64,000 nt of DNA from an uncultured Ectothiorhodospiraceae bacterium (GTDB lineage: Bacteria; Pseudomonadota; Gammaproteobacteria; S012-40): contig CALZJE010000003.1 of assembly GCA_945787715.1 (NCBI GenBank), forward strand, positions 6,088 through 70,087. The letters are read 5' to 3'. The position numbers were made by a program, and so were the translations under genes. Below, in pieces: positions 30,086 to 40,931 of the stretch. Under the pieces are notes generated by a model. The model was not told where the DNA came from and made no database searches. It saw only the letters and a program-made list of their open reading frames with translations. How positions within the stretch are numbered: position 1 is the stretch's first letter; every line of letters begins with the position of its first letter.

Positions 30086-30631
30086 TTGCCACCTCTGGAT
30101 TCACACTGATTTTTTTGGGTATTACATTACCCATCTTATGTTTATTAGCTACCAGGTAATTACACAGAACCCACAAACCATGTAAATCTAGGGTGGTTAT
30201 TTCATTATGAAATTTGTTGAAGAAAGTCAATCAATCATTGAAATATTATTTATCATGGTAGAAAAAAGGTAAAACTTATAACTGTTTTTTTAAATATTGA
30301 TCAGCAATTCGTTACGATATGAAGTAATGTAGTGAAAATTACCAAAACTTAAAAACTGTGCAGTAGTTAGTACTAAACCATTGTTTTCTTAAAACTTACT
30401 TAAGACTATTTAAAGTGAGTTAATCAGAATGTCAGTAGTCGGATAATCCAATCTTCAAGTGTATTATTTCTCTTGCTGTATCCGGCAATTTAAACAACAA
30501 AATGTAGGCCAACACCGATATACATTGAAAGATATTAGATTCACCGCTTAGTTTCGTTTGATATTGGACAAGGCTATTATTTTTAAATTCTCATAATTAC
30601 GATATGATATTCATTTTTATGAATGTGAATT

Positions 30632-31096
30632 ATGTTTATCGTCGCTCTATACGAACCAGAAATCCCACCCAATACAGGAAATATTATTCGGCTTTGTTCA
30701 AATATCGGAGCTGAACTCCACTTGATAAAACCGCTGGGTTTTGATCTGGATGATAAAAAATTACGTCGAGCTGGATTGGACTATAGTGAGTGGGTGGATG
30801 TTAAAATCCACGAAAACTACGATACTTTTCTTGAGTCATTAGGCTCATCACGGATATTTGCATGTTCAACTCACGGTACTAAACGTTATACTGATATGAG
30901 CTATCGAGATGGGGATGTTTTTTTATTTGGGCCAGAGACTCGAGGTTTACCGAAAGAATTACGGTTGGATTTTCCACCAGATCAAGTGATAAAACTCCCT
31001 ATGGTGCCGAATAATCGAAGCCTGAATTTATCTAATGCAACTTCAATTATTTTATATGAAGCGTGGCGGCAGTTAGACTTTATAGGAGCAGAGTAA
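30632..31096 (+). CDS. trmL: tRNA (cytidine/uridine-2'-O-)-methyltransferase TrmL (SpoU family)
   Basis: 154 aa. ALYEPEIPPNTGNIIRLCSNIGAELHLIKPLGF and LFGPETRGLP. Confidence 0.88.
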   Translation: MFIVALYEPEIPPNTGNIIRLCSNIGAELHLIKPLGFDLDDKKLRRAGLDYSEWVDVKIHENYDTFLESLGSSRIFACSTHGTKRYTDMSYRDGDVFLFGPETRGLPKELRLDFPPDQVIKLPMVPNNRSLNLSNATSIILYEAWRQLDFIGAE

Positions 31097-31101
31097 AATG
31101 G

Positions 31102-32304
31102 CTATTCAGCTTCGATAATTGAAGCGGTTTCGTCACCAGTTTTAAAGTTGAAATTATACTCTGTACTATTTTTGCCTGACTTATCTGTTACAACCAAAGA
31201 GAACTTATGCTCACCTGCGGTTAGAGGAGCTTTCACGCCCTGGCTTTGTAGTGTGGTAAATTCCTTGGTTACCCTTTCGAATAGATTCAAAATTTCTTCA
31301 GTTTGAGGGTTTTGAAAATAAAGACCTTTCCCAGCTTCTGCAATTGCAGTTAAGCTTTGATCATCAATTTTTTCGCCAAGCCCAATAACATGCACAGTAA
31401 GATTATCAATATTACTTATTTTATTGAGGATCGTTGTCAGTGAAGTTTCTATTCGACCTGACATTAGGTATTCCGCTCCACTCGATGTAACAAAAGGATT
31501 GGGGTTTTGATCGGTGAAAGAACTGTTATCAAATTGACTATAATTGTCTGCGCCATCGGAAAAAACAAGCATCACATTTTGATGATTATTTTCTGTATCT
31601 TCTTCACTGGTTTGACTATTAATCAATTCATCCAATGTGTAATCGATAGCTGCATAAAGTTTTGTATACGTTCCATCAACTGGGCTGGGAATAGTTGTGA
31701 TATCCAGCGGTGACCAGTTTCTATTTTCATTATTCACTGCATAATAAATATATGAGTCGAACCAACTGGATTGAAAAGTGAAATCGCCGGTGCGGTTTTT
31801 CCAGAGTTCTTGGCCGGTTTGTACGCTTTTTTGAGCCGCTTGTAACATTAGCTCAAAAGATTGATTAACTTTCATTGAGTAGCTTGTGTCGAGAACCAGA
31901 TTATAATGAACATTGTACGCGAGTTCTCGTGCACTACTGCTCAAATGGTACTCGACATCAAAGTCTTCATCATCGATTTTTAGCTCTACATCGATTTGAT
32001 CAGGTGTGAGTGGGAGATTATTGTCAGTTCTCGGAATGAATTGCAGAACTATATTAGTAGTACCATGATCTCTGTCGTAGCTTATTGTTGGTTTAGTTAC
32101 CAAATCTATTTTAACATTGCCCGAATAGTTACCTTGATTTTCAGTTTCTGAATCTTTGGGTTCCGTTTCTAACTCATTTTGATCTTTATTCTTTTTTTGT
32201 TTATCAATCTCATTGAGATTACCACCACCACAGGAAATAAGTGCGAACGTAAAAAGCATTACTATTACTAAATCATGGCATTTTACTAGCGTTGTTTTTT
32301 GCAT
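31102..32304 (-). CDS. von Willebrand factor A-domain lipoprotein
   Basis: Lipobox FALISC|GGG. MIDAS-like LVLDTSYSM, then MLVFSDGADN and VHVIGLG. Confidence 0.65.
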   Translation of the reverse strand: MQKTTLVKCHDLVIVMLFTFALISCGGGNLNEIDKQKKNKDQNELETEPKDSETENQGNYSGNVKIDLVTKPTISYDRDHGTTNIVLQFIPRTDNNLPLTPDQIDVELKIDDEDFDVEYHLSSSARELAYNVHYNLVLDTSYSMKVNQSFELMLQAAQKSVQTGQELWKNRTGDFTFQSSWFDSYIYYAVNNENRNWSPLDITTIPSPVDGTYTKLYAAIDYTLDELINSQTSEEDTENNHQNVMLVFSDGADNYSQFDNSSFTDQNPNPFVTSSGAEYLMSGRIETSLTTILNKISNIDNLTVHVIGLGEKIDDQSLTAIAEAGKGLYFQNPQTEEILNLFERVTKEFTTLQSQGVKAPLTAGEHKFSLVVTDKSGKNSTEYNFNFKTGDETASIIEAE

Positions 32305-32427
32305 GCTAACCTCAAAGAGTTTCTTTAATAAAAAATAGATTTATTTTGGGCCTATTAAAACAAAGACTATCCATTTAGACAAAAGTTTATCTTTTAAATG
32401 GGAATATATTCGAGGCGAAATGGGTTA

Positions 32428-33447
32428 TTAAATTTCAGCGCGAATTTCACGATTCAATAAATCATGACCAGCCTGTTTTGCAGATTTATTTTGATAAAGG
32501 ACTTCGTATACTTGCTCGACAATGGGCATTTGAATCCCCATTTTATTCGATAGCAGGTATACTTTTTCAGCAGTTTCCACACCCTCTGCTACTTGTCCCA
32601 ACTCATCGAGTATTTGTGATATCGATTTGCCTTGTGCTAAACCTAAGCCTACACGACGATTTCTTGATTGATTGTCTGTACAAGTAAGTACTAAATCACC
32701 CAGCCCAGCAAGACCCATAAACGTTTCTTGATGGGCCCCAAGAGCGACACCTAGGCGAGAGATTTCTGCCAATCCTCGCGTAATAACAGCAGTGCGAGTA
32801 TTTGCGCCGAAGCCTAAGCCGTCTGCTATACCTGCTGCGATTGCAATAACATTTTTTACAGCACCGCCTATTTCAACGCCAATCACATCAGAACTTGTAT
32901 ATGCACGAAAATGATCGTTGGTTAACCATTTCGCATATTTTAATGCAAACGCCTCATCCTCTGAGGCAACAGTTACAGCTGTTGGCAATTCATGTGCAAC
33001 TTCTTTGGCAAAGGTTGGCCCAGATATGATGCAAAGTTTAAGATCATCACCCAGTACTTCATGTACAACTTCGTGTAGAAGCTTTAAGCTTTCTGGCTCC
33101 AATCCTTTGGTCGCAATTGCAATTCCCATGTGGGGCTTATAATAGGGTTTTATTTGTTCAAGACTATTTCTAAAACCTTTTGAAGGTACAGCCATTAGAA
33201 TGGAATTTACGCTTTCTAAGGCTTTTTCAAGATTTGCTTCAGGCTGTAACATTAATGGAAAAACAATATCGGGCAGATAAGTTTCGTTTCTACGATCATC
33301 TGCCATTTTTGAGACTCGGTCAGAGTTTCTTCCCCAAAGGAAAGTTTTGTGACCATTACTAGCAAGAAGCACAGCTAAAGCTGTGCCCCAAGATCCTGCA
33401 CCTAAAACAGCGACTGAATTATTTTGCATATAGCTCGGAGATTTCAT
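32428..33447 (-). CDS. gpsA: NAD(P)H-dependent glycerol-3-phosphate dehydrogenase
   Basis: VAVLGAGSWGTALA Rossmann motif, GAVKNVIAIAAG and SRNRRVG. Confidence 0.95.
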   Translation of the reverse strand: MKSPSYMQNNSVAVLGAGSWGTALAVLLASNGHKTFLWGRNSDRVSKMADDRRNETYLPDIVFPLMLQPEANLEKALESVNSILMAVPSKGFRNSLEQIKPYYKPHMGIAIATKGLEPESLKLLHEVVHEVLGDDLKLCIISGPTFAKEVAHELPTAVTVASEDEAFALKYAKWLTNDHFRAYTSSDVIGVEIGGAVKNVIAIAAGIADGLGFGANTRTAVITRGLAEISRLGVALGAHQETFMGLAGLGDLVLTCTDNQSRNRRVGLGLAQGKSISQILDELGQVAEGVETAEKVYLLSNKMGIQMPIVEQVYEVLYQNKSAKQAGHDLLNREIRAEI

Positions 33448-33464
33448 GAATTATCCGAGTTTTA

Positions 33465-33950
33465 TTAATGTGTGGTTTCAGGTGCTGCTTGTTGCTTTTG
33501 AGCTTGCTGCATATGCTGTTGATATAATGCATCAAAATTAACAGGCGCCAAAAGCATTTGTGGGAATCCACCCTTAACAACCAAGTCAGAAATAGCTTCG
33601 CGTGCGTAAGGGAAAAGAATATTTGGACAGTAGGAACCCGCCATCATACCCATTTCCTGGTCTACGTAACCCTTGATAGTAAAAATACCGGCTTGTTTAA
33701 CTTCACAAAGATAGGCAGTTTCTTCACCTATTTTTGCGGTTACAGTAATGGTTAATACAACTTCATGAACACCTTCGCTGAGGGTAATAGCGTTATTACC
33801 TAACTGTAAGCCAATTTCTGGTTCCCATTTTTTTTGGAAAATTGCAGGAGTGGTTGGTGCTTCGAAAGAAACATCTTTCAGGTAGATCTTTTGGATTGCA
33901 AACTCTCTTTCGTTTGCTGGATTTGCATTTGTAGTGTTCTCGTCACTCAT
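33465..33950 (-). CDS. secB: Protein-export chaperone SecB
   Basis: 161 aa. [16 protein letters not shown].. and [23 protein letters not shown]. Confidence 0.93.
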   Translation of the reverse strand: MSDENTTNANPANEREFAIQKIYLKDVSFEAPTTPAIFQKKWEPEIGLQLGNNAITLSEGVHEVVLTITVTAKIGEETAYLCEVKQAGIFTIKGYVDQEMGMMAGSYCPNILFPYAREAISDLVVKGGFPQMLLAPVNFDALYQQHMQQAQKQQAAPETTH

Positions 33951-33963
33951 AATATTACCTTTG

Positions 33964-34407
33964 TTATAGTGTATTTAATTTGTTATTAATCCATTGTAAG
34001 AGCTGCGGTAATTGCATTGCACCGGAGATTCGATCAATTTCTTTACCCTGCCGGTATAGGACAAGTGTGGGAATGCTACGAATATTAAATTGTGCACCCA
34101 AAGTTTGTTCTACTTCTGTATTAACTTTACCAATACGTATTCCAGGTTCCATTGATTTAGCTGCTTCTTCCAAAACAGGCCCCATCATTTTACAGGGACC
34201 GCACCAAGGCGCCCAAAAATCCACAAGTATAGGCAGTTCGCTCTTAACAACATGCGCAGAAAAAGATGATTGTGTGAGATTAACAGGTTTTTTTTCAAAA
34301 AGTGTAGATTTGCAACTGCCACACTTGCCGTCATCTGAGAGTTTTGATACTGGCAGGCGATTCAATTTATCACAGTGCGGGCAGGCAATAATTATAGACT
34401 GATTCAT
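33964..34407 (-). CDS. trxC: Thioredoxin 2 (zinc-finger N-terminal extension)
   Basis: CPHC..CGSC zinc finger followed by the WAPWCGPCK active site. Confidence 0.88.
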   Translation of the reverse strand: MNQSIIIACPHCDKLNRLPVSKLSDDGKCGSCKSTLFEKKPVNLTQSSFSAHVVKSELPILVDFWAPWCGPCKMMGPVLEEAAKSMEPGIRIGKVNTEVEQTLGAQFNIRSIPTLVLYRQGKEIDRISGAMQLPQLLQWINNKLNTL

Positions 34408-34883
34408 TCTTTTTCGGTTTGTTTTGCAATGAGTTTTTCAGATTTTTTGTTGCGTTTAGTTTCTTTGCTGATAGGTAGGTTGGCATTTATCCAACCATTG
34501 ATTCCACCGTCAATATTGTACATTGATGTGAAGCCGTGTTTTTTAAGAATAGTTCCTGCTTGTTTAGAACGCATCCCTGTTTGACAATAAAGAATAATAT
34601 TTTGACTCTTATAATCTGTCAGTTCTTTTATTCGATTTGCCACTGCCCCCAAAGGTATATGGAGCGAATCCATGATATGCCCTTCTTTAAATTCTTTTTC
34701 GAGGCGAACATCTAGTACGACGGTATTTTCATCATTCATTAAGCGAACAGCTTCTTGCGGTTTGATTGTTTTAACACCAGTAAGAATTGGTTCCAAGAAT
34801 GAGCGACCTAGTAATATTACAATGAATACGAAAGCCGCCGAGAAAATCCACTCTTCAAACAAAAAGTCTATAAATTGTTCCAT
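34404..34883 (-). CDS. Membrane-anchored rhodanese-domain protein (YibN-like)
   Basis: N-terminal transmembrane segment, rhodanese domain with the active-site loop YCQTGMRS. Occupies the upstream position in a yibN-(g/t)rx-secB-gpsA arrangement. Confidence 0.8.
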   Translation of the reverse strand: MEQFIDFLFEEWIFSAAFVFIVILLGRSFLEPILTGVKTIKPQEAVRLMNDENTVVLDVRLEKEFKEGHIMDSLHIPLGAVANRIKELTDYKSQNIILYCQTGMRSKQAGTILKKHGFTSMYNIDGGINGWINANLPISKETKRNKKSEKLIAKQTEKE

Positions 34884-35088
34884 GATAATCCATCAGTTTA
34901 AAATAAGATAAGTATCGATTCAGGATGACTTCCTGGTCGAAATAGGCCCGCTATTCTACCTGTTGTATGTTCTAAATGCGATGGGAGAAAGATTTTGAAT
35001 AGATTTGATTAACCATAGAAACTCGATAGATGACAAATATGTTCTGGTTTATCATTATTCAAAATGATAAAATGCCGCCGTTTGTGAT

Positions 35089-35418
35089 TTATTGGTTGGC
35101 TTTAATGTGGTCACTACAAAAGACGTCGCGCATCATATCGATTAATCGTAATGTTCGAGCGTCTTCAATTTTGTAATAGACACGATTAGCATCTTTACGG
35201 GAAGAGAGAATGGCTTTATCCCGCAAAATTGCGAGATGTTGCGAGATGTTACTTTGAGAAGTACCTACGAGTTCAACAATATCTTGGACACTAACTTCAT
35301 TTGAACCCAACATGCAGAGAATTTTTAATCGAAGAGGGTGAGCCATCGCTTTCATTGATAACGCAGCACGTTCAATATCTTCATCACGAGTGATTAGCAT
35401 ATTTTTGGCAGTTTCCAT
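35089..35418 (-). CDS. ArsR/SmtB-family transcriptional regulator
   Basis: AHPLRLKILCML..VSVQDIVELVGTSQSNISQHLAILRDKAIL..RVYYKI is a winged HTH. Confidence 0.8.
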   Translation of the reverse strand: METAKNMLITRDEDIERAALSMKAMAHPLRLKILCMLGSNEVSVQDIVELVGTSQSNISQHLAILRDKAILSSRKDANRVYYKIEDARTLRLIDMMRDVFCSDHIKANQ

Positions 35419-35675
35419 GATTTTAGTATTCCCGTTTTGTGTTATTAATTGCGATTAATCTCCGGCCACCTTTAGAGAATCGACAGTAGATTTAGCTTCT
35501 CAATTAAATTCGATAAGCAATTTTTGAATGATCTACGACTTTGTTATGGCAAAGATTATACAATAATACGCTTTTGGAAAAGAGTGAATAATTGGGATTT
35601 CCCTTATTAAATGGAGATTTTTTTAATCTTTTTATAAGTCGTACAGTTTTTAAACTAATTTGATGTAGAGAGTAT

Positions 35676-37229
35676 ATGAGTATAAAACATCGCCCGGTTG
35701 CTCTAATTATTTTGGATGGTTGGGGTTATAGTGAAGAACCAGAAAATAACGCAATCTATTCTGCAAAAACACCCAATTGGGATCAGTTATGGGAGCGTTA
35801 TCCACATACATTGATTCGTGCTTCAGAGTCTGCTGTTGGCTTGCCCGCTGATCAAATGGGGAATTCCGAAGTAGGTCATCTCAATCTTGGTGCTGGTCGT
35901 GTTGTTTACCAGGAAATTTCGCGTATTGCGCATGCTATCAAGTCTGGTTCATTTTTCTCCAATGGTGTATTGACCGCCAGTGTGGATCAAGCAATTGAAA
36001 ATGATAAAGCTATACATATTATGGGCCTGTTGTCCGATGGTGGCGTACACAGCCATGACAAACATATCCATTCGATGGTTGAACTTGCCGTTAAACGCGG
36101 TGCAAAGAAAATATATCTCCATATTTTTTTAGACGGTCGTGATACTGCCCCTAAAAGTTCAGAAATCTACATAAAAAGCTTAGAAAACAAGTTAACAGAA
36201 CTTGGTGCTGGCAAACTGGTTTCAATGATAGGCCGTTATTTTGCTATGGATAGAGACCATCGCTGGCCAAGAATTAAAAAAGCTTATGATCTAATTGCTC
36301 ATGGCATGGGTAAACATTCAGCGACAACTGCATTAGAAGGATTGCAAGCTGCCTATGAGCGAGGTGAATCGGATGAGTTTGTTCAAGCAACATCCATTCA
36401 TGCTGAAGGTGAATCCGCCGTCAGCATTGAAGATGGAGATTCAGTTATCTTCATGAATTTCAGATCTGATCGTGCGCGTCAAATTACACGTCCTTTTATC
36501 GAAGCAGATTTTGATAAATTTGATGTTGGTGATGCGCCTAAATTGGGCTCTTACGTGAGCCTAACAGAATACAATTCCGAATTTGACGTGAGAGTCGCGT
36601 TTCCACCTGAACGTTTACGTAAAGTATTTGGTGCCTATATTTCAGATTTGGGTCTACGCCAGTTAAGAATTGCAGAAACTGAAAAATACGCGCATGTAAC
36701 CTTCTTTTTAAATGGTGGAATTGAGACACCGTACCCAGGTGAAGAGCGAATACTTGTTCAATCACCAGATGTTGCGACTTATGATTTGCAGCCTGAAATG
36801 AATGCTCCTCTATTGACAGAAAAGTTAATAGAAGCTGTTAACAGTAAGAAATTTGATACTATTATTTGCAACTATGCAAATCCTGACATGGTCGGCCATA
36901 CGGGTAATTTTGAAGCAACTGTTAAAGCCATTGAAGCACTTGATGTTTGTATTGGTGAAGTTGTAGAAGCCATAAAAGCGGTAGGCGGAGAAGTATTAAT
37001 CACAGCAGATCATGGTAATGCAGAGCAGATGTTGGATAAAACGACGGGCCAAAGACACACGGCCCATACGCTTAATCCTGTACCGTTCTTATACATCGGT
37101 CGTAATGCAAAATTAGCGAATTCCGGCGCTTTGTCAGATGTAACACCAACAATGCTGTATTTGATGGGGCTTGATAAGCCACAGGAAATGGGTGGTCAGT
37201 CATTGGTGGAGTTGATAGATACTCATTAA
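35676..37229 (+). CDS. gpmI: 2,3-bisphosphoglycerate-independent phosphoglycerate mutase
   Basis: PVALIILDGWG, MGNSEVGHLNLGAGR and ITADHGNAE. Confidence 0.95.
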   Translation: MSIKHRPVALIILDGWGYSEEPENNAIYSAKTPNWDQLWERYPHTLIRASESAVGLPADQMGNSEVGHLNLGAGRVVYQEISRIAHAIKSGSFFSNGVLTASVDQAIENDKAIHIMGLLSDGGVHSHDKHIHSMVELAVKRGAKKIYLHIFLDGRDTAPKSSEIYIKSLENKLTELGAGKLVSMIGRYFAMDRDHRWPRIKKAYDLIAHGMGKHSATTALEGLQAAYERGESDEFVQATSIHAEGESAVSIEDGDSVIFMNFRSDRARQITRPFIEADFDKFDVGDAPKLGSYVSLTEYNSEFDVRVAFPPERLRKVFGAYISDLGLRQLRIAETEKYAHVTFFLNGGIETPYPGEERILVQSPDVATYDLQPEMNAPLLTEKLIEAVNSKKFDTIICNYANPDMVGHTGNFEATVKAIEALDVCIGEVVEAIKAVGGEVLITADHGNAEQMLDKTTGQRHTAHTLNPVPFLYIGRNAKLANSGALSDVTPTMLYLMGLDKPQEMGGQSLVELIDTH

Positions 37230-37293
37230 TTTTTTCAGTTTTGCCGGAATGTTTGATTAGCAATCATTCCGGTGTTCTTCTAAAGGAAAACAG

Positions 37294-38475
37294 ATGAATC
37301 ATAGGAAAAGCGTTTTTTATGTTTCATTTTTTCTATTAATAACTTTTCTTCTCTATCTATCTCCCGCACCCGCCGCTAAAGAGACTTCTCCACAGGATAA
37401 AATTAATTTACTTAAGTTAGAAATTAAAAATATTAAAGCTGAACTTGATAAGCAGCAACATACTAAATCCAAAACGAATAAAGAGCTTAACCACTTTGAT
37501 ATCGAAATTGCTGAACTTAGTCGCCAATTACGCTTAATTAGGCAAGAAAGTATAGATATCGATATAGATTTAAAAAAGCTTGTCGAGAAAAAGAACAGTC
37601 TTACAACTAGTATATTTGCTAATAAGGCATCTCTCGCTCAAATTGCGCGCACTTTTTATATGCTTGGTGAGCAAAATTATTTAAAAACATGGGTCAACAA
37701 CGAAGATGTTGGAAGACTTTCACGCACAAAAGTCTACTTTGAATATTTACATAATGCTTATCAGCGAAAATATAGCCAACTTGACTCTGAGTTAAAGCAG
37801 AAAAAAAGTTTGTTATCTCAATTAGAAAAGAAACAAAAACATCAAACGGATTTGTTGGCACAAGTTACCGATCAAAAAGACAAATTGAGCACTAAACAAA
37901 CGCTCAAAAAGGATTATCTAAAAAAGTTAGATAAACAAATTAAAGCAAAACAAAGAAATATTTCACTTCTCAAAAAAGATCAAAAAGGGCTGGAAAAACT
38001 AGCGAAGGCAATTCTTAACCGAAAAAAAGAGGCCAAAAAGCGCGCTACATCCGGCATGGCTTTCGCAAATAATAAAGCAACACTTCGCTGGCCTGTTTTA
38101 GGCAAAGTTACCAACAAATTTGGAAGCTCCCGACTGGGTGGAAAATTGAAATGGCAGGGTGTATTAATAACAACAAAATTTGGTGCCGAGGTCAGAGCTG
38201 TAGAAAAAGGCCAAGTTGTTTTTGCAGATTGGTTAAGTGGTTACGGTTATGTTTTGATACTTGAACACAGTGGTGGTTATATGAGCTTATATGGCCATAA
38301 TCGACAACTTCTTAAAGAGGTTGGAGAGTCCGTCAGTAAGGATGAATTGCTTGCCGAAGCAGGAAGTAGTGGACGAGGCGGTGATCCGGCACTATATTTT
38401 GAAATAAGGCATGAGGGAAAGCCGGTAAACCCAGTGAAATGGATGATTTCCAAAAATGCTCGCCAATCTGGATAA
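37294..38475 (+). CDS. envC: Murein hydrolase activator EnvC-like (coiled coil + LytM/M23 domain)
   Basis: Signal/transmembrane segment, a long K/Q-rich coiled coil, and a C-terminal LytM domain (GYGYVLILEHSGGYMSLYGHN..LYFEIRHEGKPVNP). Follows gpmI, as in the enteric arrangement. Confidence 0.8.
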   Translation: MNHRKSVFYVSFFLLITFLLYLSPAPAAKETSPQDKINLLKLEIKNIKAELDKQQHTKSKTNKELNHFDIEIAELSRQLRLIRQESIDIDIDLKKLVEKKNSLTTSIFANKASLAQIARTFYMLGEQNYLKTWVNNEDVGRLSRTKVYFEYLHNAYQRKYSQLDSELKQKKSLLSQLEKKQKHQTDLLAQVTDQKDKLSTKQTLKKDYLKKLDKQIKAKQRNISLLKKDQKGLEKLAKAILNRKKEAKKRATSGMAFANNKATLRWPVLGKVTNKFGSSRLGGKLKWQGVLITTKFGAEVRAVEKGQVVFADWLSGYGYVLILEHSGGYMSLYGHNRQLLKEVGESVSKDELLAEAGSSGRGGDPALYFEIRHEGKPVNPVKWMISKNARQSG

Positions 38476-38749
38476 AATTCATGAAATATCCGGGTTAAAA
38501 TTGATATAAGATTGAAAGTCATACGATTATTATCTCACCCTAAATTTTATTATGATTTAATAGTGATACTAATTTTGATAGAGTTGGTCGGTTAAGAATT
38601 CTCAGCTGCAAAACTAATAAAGTGTTTTGCGATTGCCGAAATTTATTATGGAACTACCGATTAGTTAATTGAGACATGCCGCATCAGAAGTTTCCTGATA
38701 TACGTGATATTTATTACAGAGAATCCGGCCTTGAGTCGGGGAGCAAAGA

Positions 38750-40048
38750 ATGAAACCAACATTACGAAATTTTTCTATTCTGAGTATCGGCCTAGTACTT
38801 GGTGTGAGCCTGGCCATTACTCAAGGTGTAATCGCTGAGAGTAATTCCAAATCTGAATTAACGCTGCCGGTTGATGAATTAAGAGCATTTACTGAAGTTT
38901 TTGCAAAGATCAAAAATGACTATGTAGAACAGGTTGACGATAAAACACTATTGGAAAATGCTATACGAGGCATGCTATCTGGTTTAGATCCTCACTCCAG
39001 TTATCTGGACCCTGAAGGTTATAAAGAGCTGCAAGTGGGAACCACGGGTCGATTTGGTGGCCTAGGTATTGAGGTAGGAATGGAAGATGGTTTTGTAAAA
39101 GTTATCTCTCCTATTGATGACACGCCGGCTAAACGGGCAGGAATACAAGCAGGTGATCTTATTGTTCGATTGGATGATACGCCGGTAAAAGGTCTCACAT
39201 TAAGCGAAGCAGTTAAAATTATGCGCGGAGAGCCTGATTCAGAAATTGTACTAACCGTTGTTCGCGAAGGTGAAGATAGGCCACTAAAGATTACCATCAA
39301 GCGAGACATTATTCGTGTTAAATCTGTAAAAAGTAGAACACTCGATGAGGGTTATGGTTACATTCGCATTACCAGCTTTCAATCTAAGACAGGTGAAAGT
39401 CTGTTAGAAGAACTTGAAAATCTTAAAGATGAAAATAAAAACGGATTAAAAGGGTTAGTACTTGATTTGAGGAATAATCCTGGTGGTGTACTAAGCGCTG
39501 CTGTGGATGTGTCGGATGCATTTTTAACCAAGGGTTTGATTGTTTATACTGAAGGAAGAGATCAAGATTCTCGTCTGAAATTTAGTGCGACCCCAAATGA
39601 TGCTATCGACAACTCTCCTATCGTAGTATTGGTTAATGGTGGATCAGCTTCAGCATCAGAAATTGTTGCAGGTGCTCTACAAGATCATAAACGAGCAATC
39701 ATCATGGGGGAAAAAACATTTGGCAAAGGCTCTGTGCAAACAATTTTACCCATGAATAGCAATGCCGCATTAAAGCTAACTACCGCTCGTTACTACACGC
39801 CACTGGGTCGATCTATCCAAGCGGAGGGAATTGTTCCTCATATCGAACTTGAACCATTAAGGGTTTCAAAGGTGGATTCTGGCTTTAAGCGAATTAAAGA
39901 GGCTGATTTAACAGGTCATTTAGAAAACGGTAAGGGTGAAGGTGAAAGTAAGGATAAAAAAGAAGACTCATCTGATATAGCGGATAAAGATTATCAACTT
40001 TATGAAGCGTTAAACACGCTGAAAGCGATTAATATATCCCGTCTTTAA
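38750..40048 (+). CDS. ctpA: Carboxy-terminal processing protease (S41A)
   Basis: Signal peptide, PDZ domain (GGLGIEV..AGIQAGDLIV), LDLRNNPGG, and the catalytic GGSASASEI..GKGSVQ. Confidence 0.9.
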   Translation: MKPTLRNFSILSIGLVLGVSLAITQGVIAESNSKSELTLPVDELRAFTEVFAKIKNDYVEQVDDKTLLENAIRGMLSGLDPHSSYLDPEGYKELQVGTTGRFGGLGIEVGMEDGFVKVISPIDDTPAKRAGIQAGDLIVRLDDTPVKGLTLSEAVKIMRGEPDSEIVLTVVREGEDRPLKITIKRDIIRVKSVKSRTLDEGYGYIRITSFQSKTGESLLEELENLKDENKNGLKGLVLDLRNNPGGVLSAAVDVSDAFLTKGLIVYTEGRDQDSRLKFSATPNDAIDNSPIVVLVNGGSASASEIVAGALQDHKRAIIMGEKTFGKGSVQTILPMNSNAALKLTTARYYTPLGRSIQAEGIVPHIELEPLRVSKVDSGFKRIKEADLTGHLENGKGEGESKDKKEDSSDIADKDYQLYEALNTLKAINISRL

Positions 40049-40060
40049 GTTTGAATCATT

Positions 40061-40092
40061 AAAAAAAGCGCCATAAGGGCGCTTTTTTTTTA
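40061..40092. terminator. Bidirectional Rho-independent terminator
   Basis: AAAAAAAGCGCC-ATAAG-GGCGCTTTTTTTTT between convergent ctpA and the 40121-40696 gene. Confidence 0.8.
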
Positions 40093-40120
40093 CCTCAAAA
40101 CTTGGTGTTTAATGTAAGTT

Positions 40121-40696
40121 TTAATCGTTAAGAAATGATATGGAGCCGCCATACATAAAAAAGTCATCTAAACCATCTGAGAGGAAATAATTTCGTACAA
40201 ATACACCCAGACGAACCTTTTTATTAATAGCGAAGTTGGAGCCAAACTCAGGAAAAATACCAACATATCCGTTATCGTCTGAATTATTTGTACAATACAT
40301 ACACTCGATAATCTCGCTGTAAAGCCCACCTACTCCCCAAAAAAAAGACAATCTACCGGGTAGACGTATGCCGCTGGAGATCTCTAGACTTGAACTGAGA
40401 TACCGTGGATTTGAAAGTAAACTTAAACTAATACCAATTTTTCCATACATAGGGACATCATCGAAAGTCGATTCTTTGATAGCGTAAGCGCCAGCATGTG
40501 CATGTTCTGTGCGGCTCAAACTTTTACTATTAACAGCTTTCAGGGTATTGAAAGTTACTGAGCCATCAAGACTGACATATAACCTTTGGGTGTCAGGCTT
40601 GTTAGTATTTTCATCGGTAAGATCTAAAGAAATATCCTCAGCATAAGAAGAGTTAACAAATAGCGACAGGAAAAGTGCGTATGCAATATTTTTCAT
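40121..40696 (-). CDS. Hypothetical secreted protein (possible small beta-barrel OMP)
   Basis: Signal peptide MKNIAYALFLSLFVNSSYA|ED and an alternating-residue pattern. No family recognised. Confidence 0.45.
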   Translation of the reverse strand: MKNIAYALFLSLFVNSSYAEDISLDLTDENTNKPDTQRLYVSLDGSVTFNTLKAVNSKSLSRTEHAHAGAYAIKESTFDDVPMYGKIGISLSLLSNPRYLSSSLEISSGIRLPGRLSFFWGVGGLYSEIIECMYCTNNSDDNGYVGIFPEFGSNFAINKKVRLGVFVRNYFLSDGLDDFFMYGGSISFLND

Positions 40697-40931
40697 ATTT
40701 TAATATGTCGGCTGATGATCGAATTCATATACTAAAAGAATAACTATTCTAAATTTAAAATTCATTTGTTTGTTTCTGTTAAGTATATGCTTTTATGAAT
40801 GTTATGAGCATTGATTTTTAAAGTAACGCTAGATATAGTCCTAACACTGGTTTATGTTACCGCCCATTATACGTGTTTTTATTGACTGATCATCCATTGA
40901 TCACCTGCCGGACGGCTTTCTAAAACGATTT

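Noticed and set aside
30018-30230. 70-aa ORF overlapping the 5' end of the bEBP gene.
   Set aside because: It overlaps the bEBP N-terminus in another frame. The bEBP has its own good SD (GAGGTGG) and ATG at 30085, and nothing supports the small ORF.
33964-34883. Thioredoxin-2 in the position where enteric bacteria have grxC (yibN-grxC-secB-gpsA).
   Set aside because: This is an interesting substitution but a simple swap between redoxin families within a conserved cluster. It does not indicate a new system.
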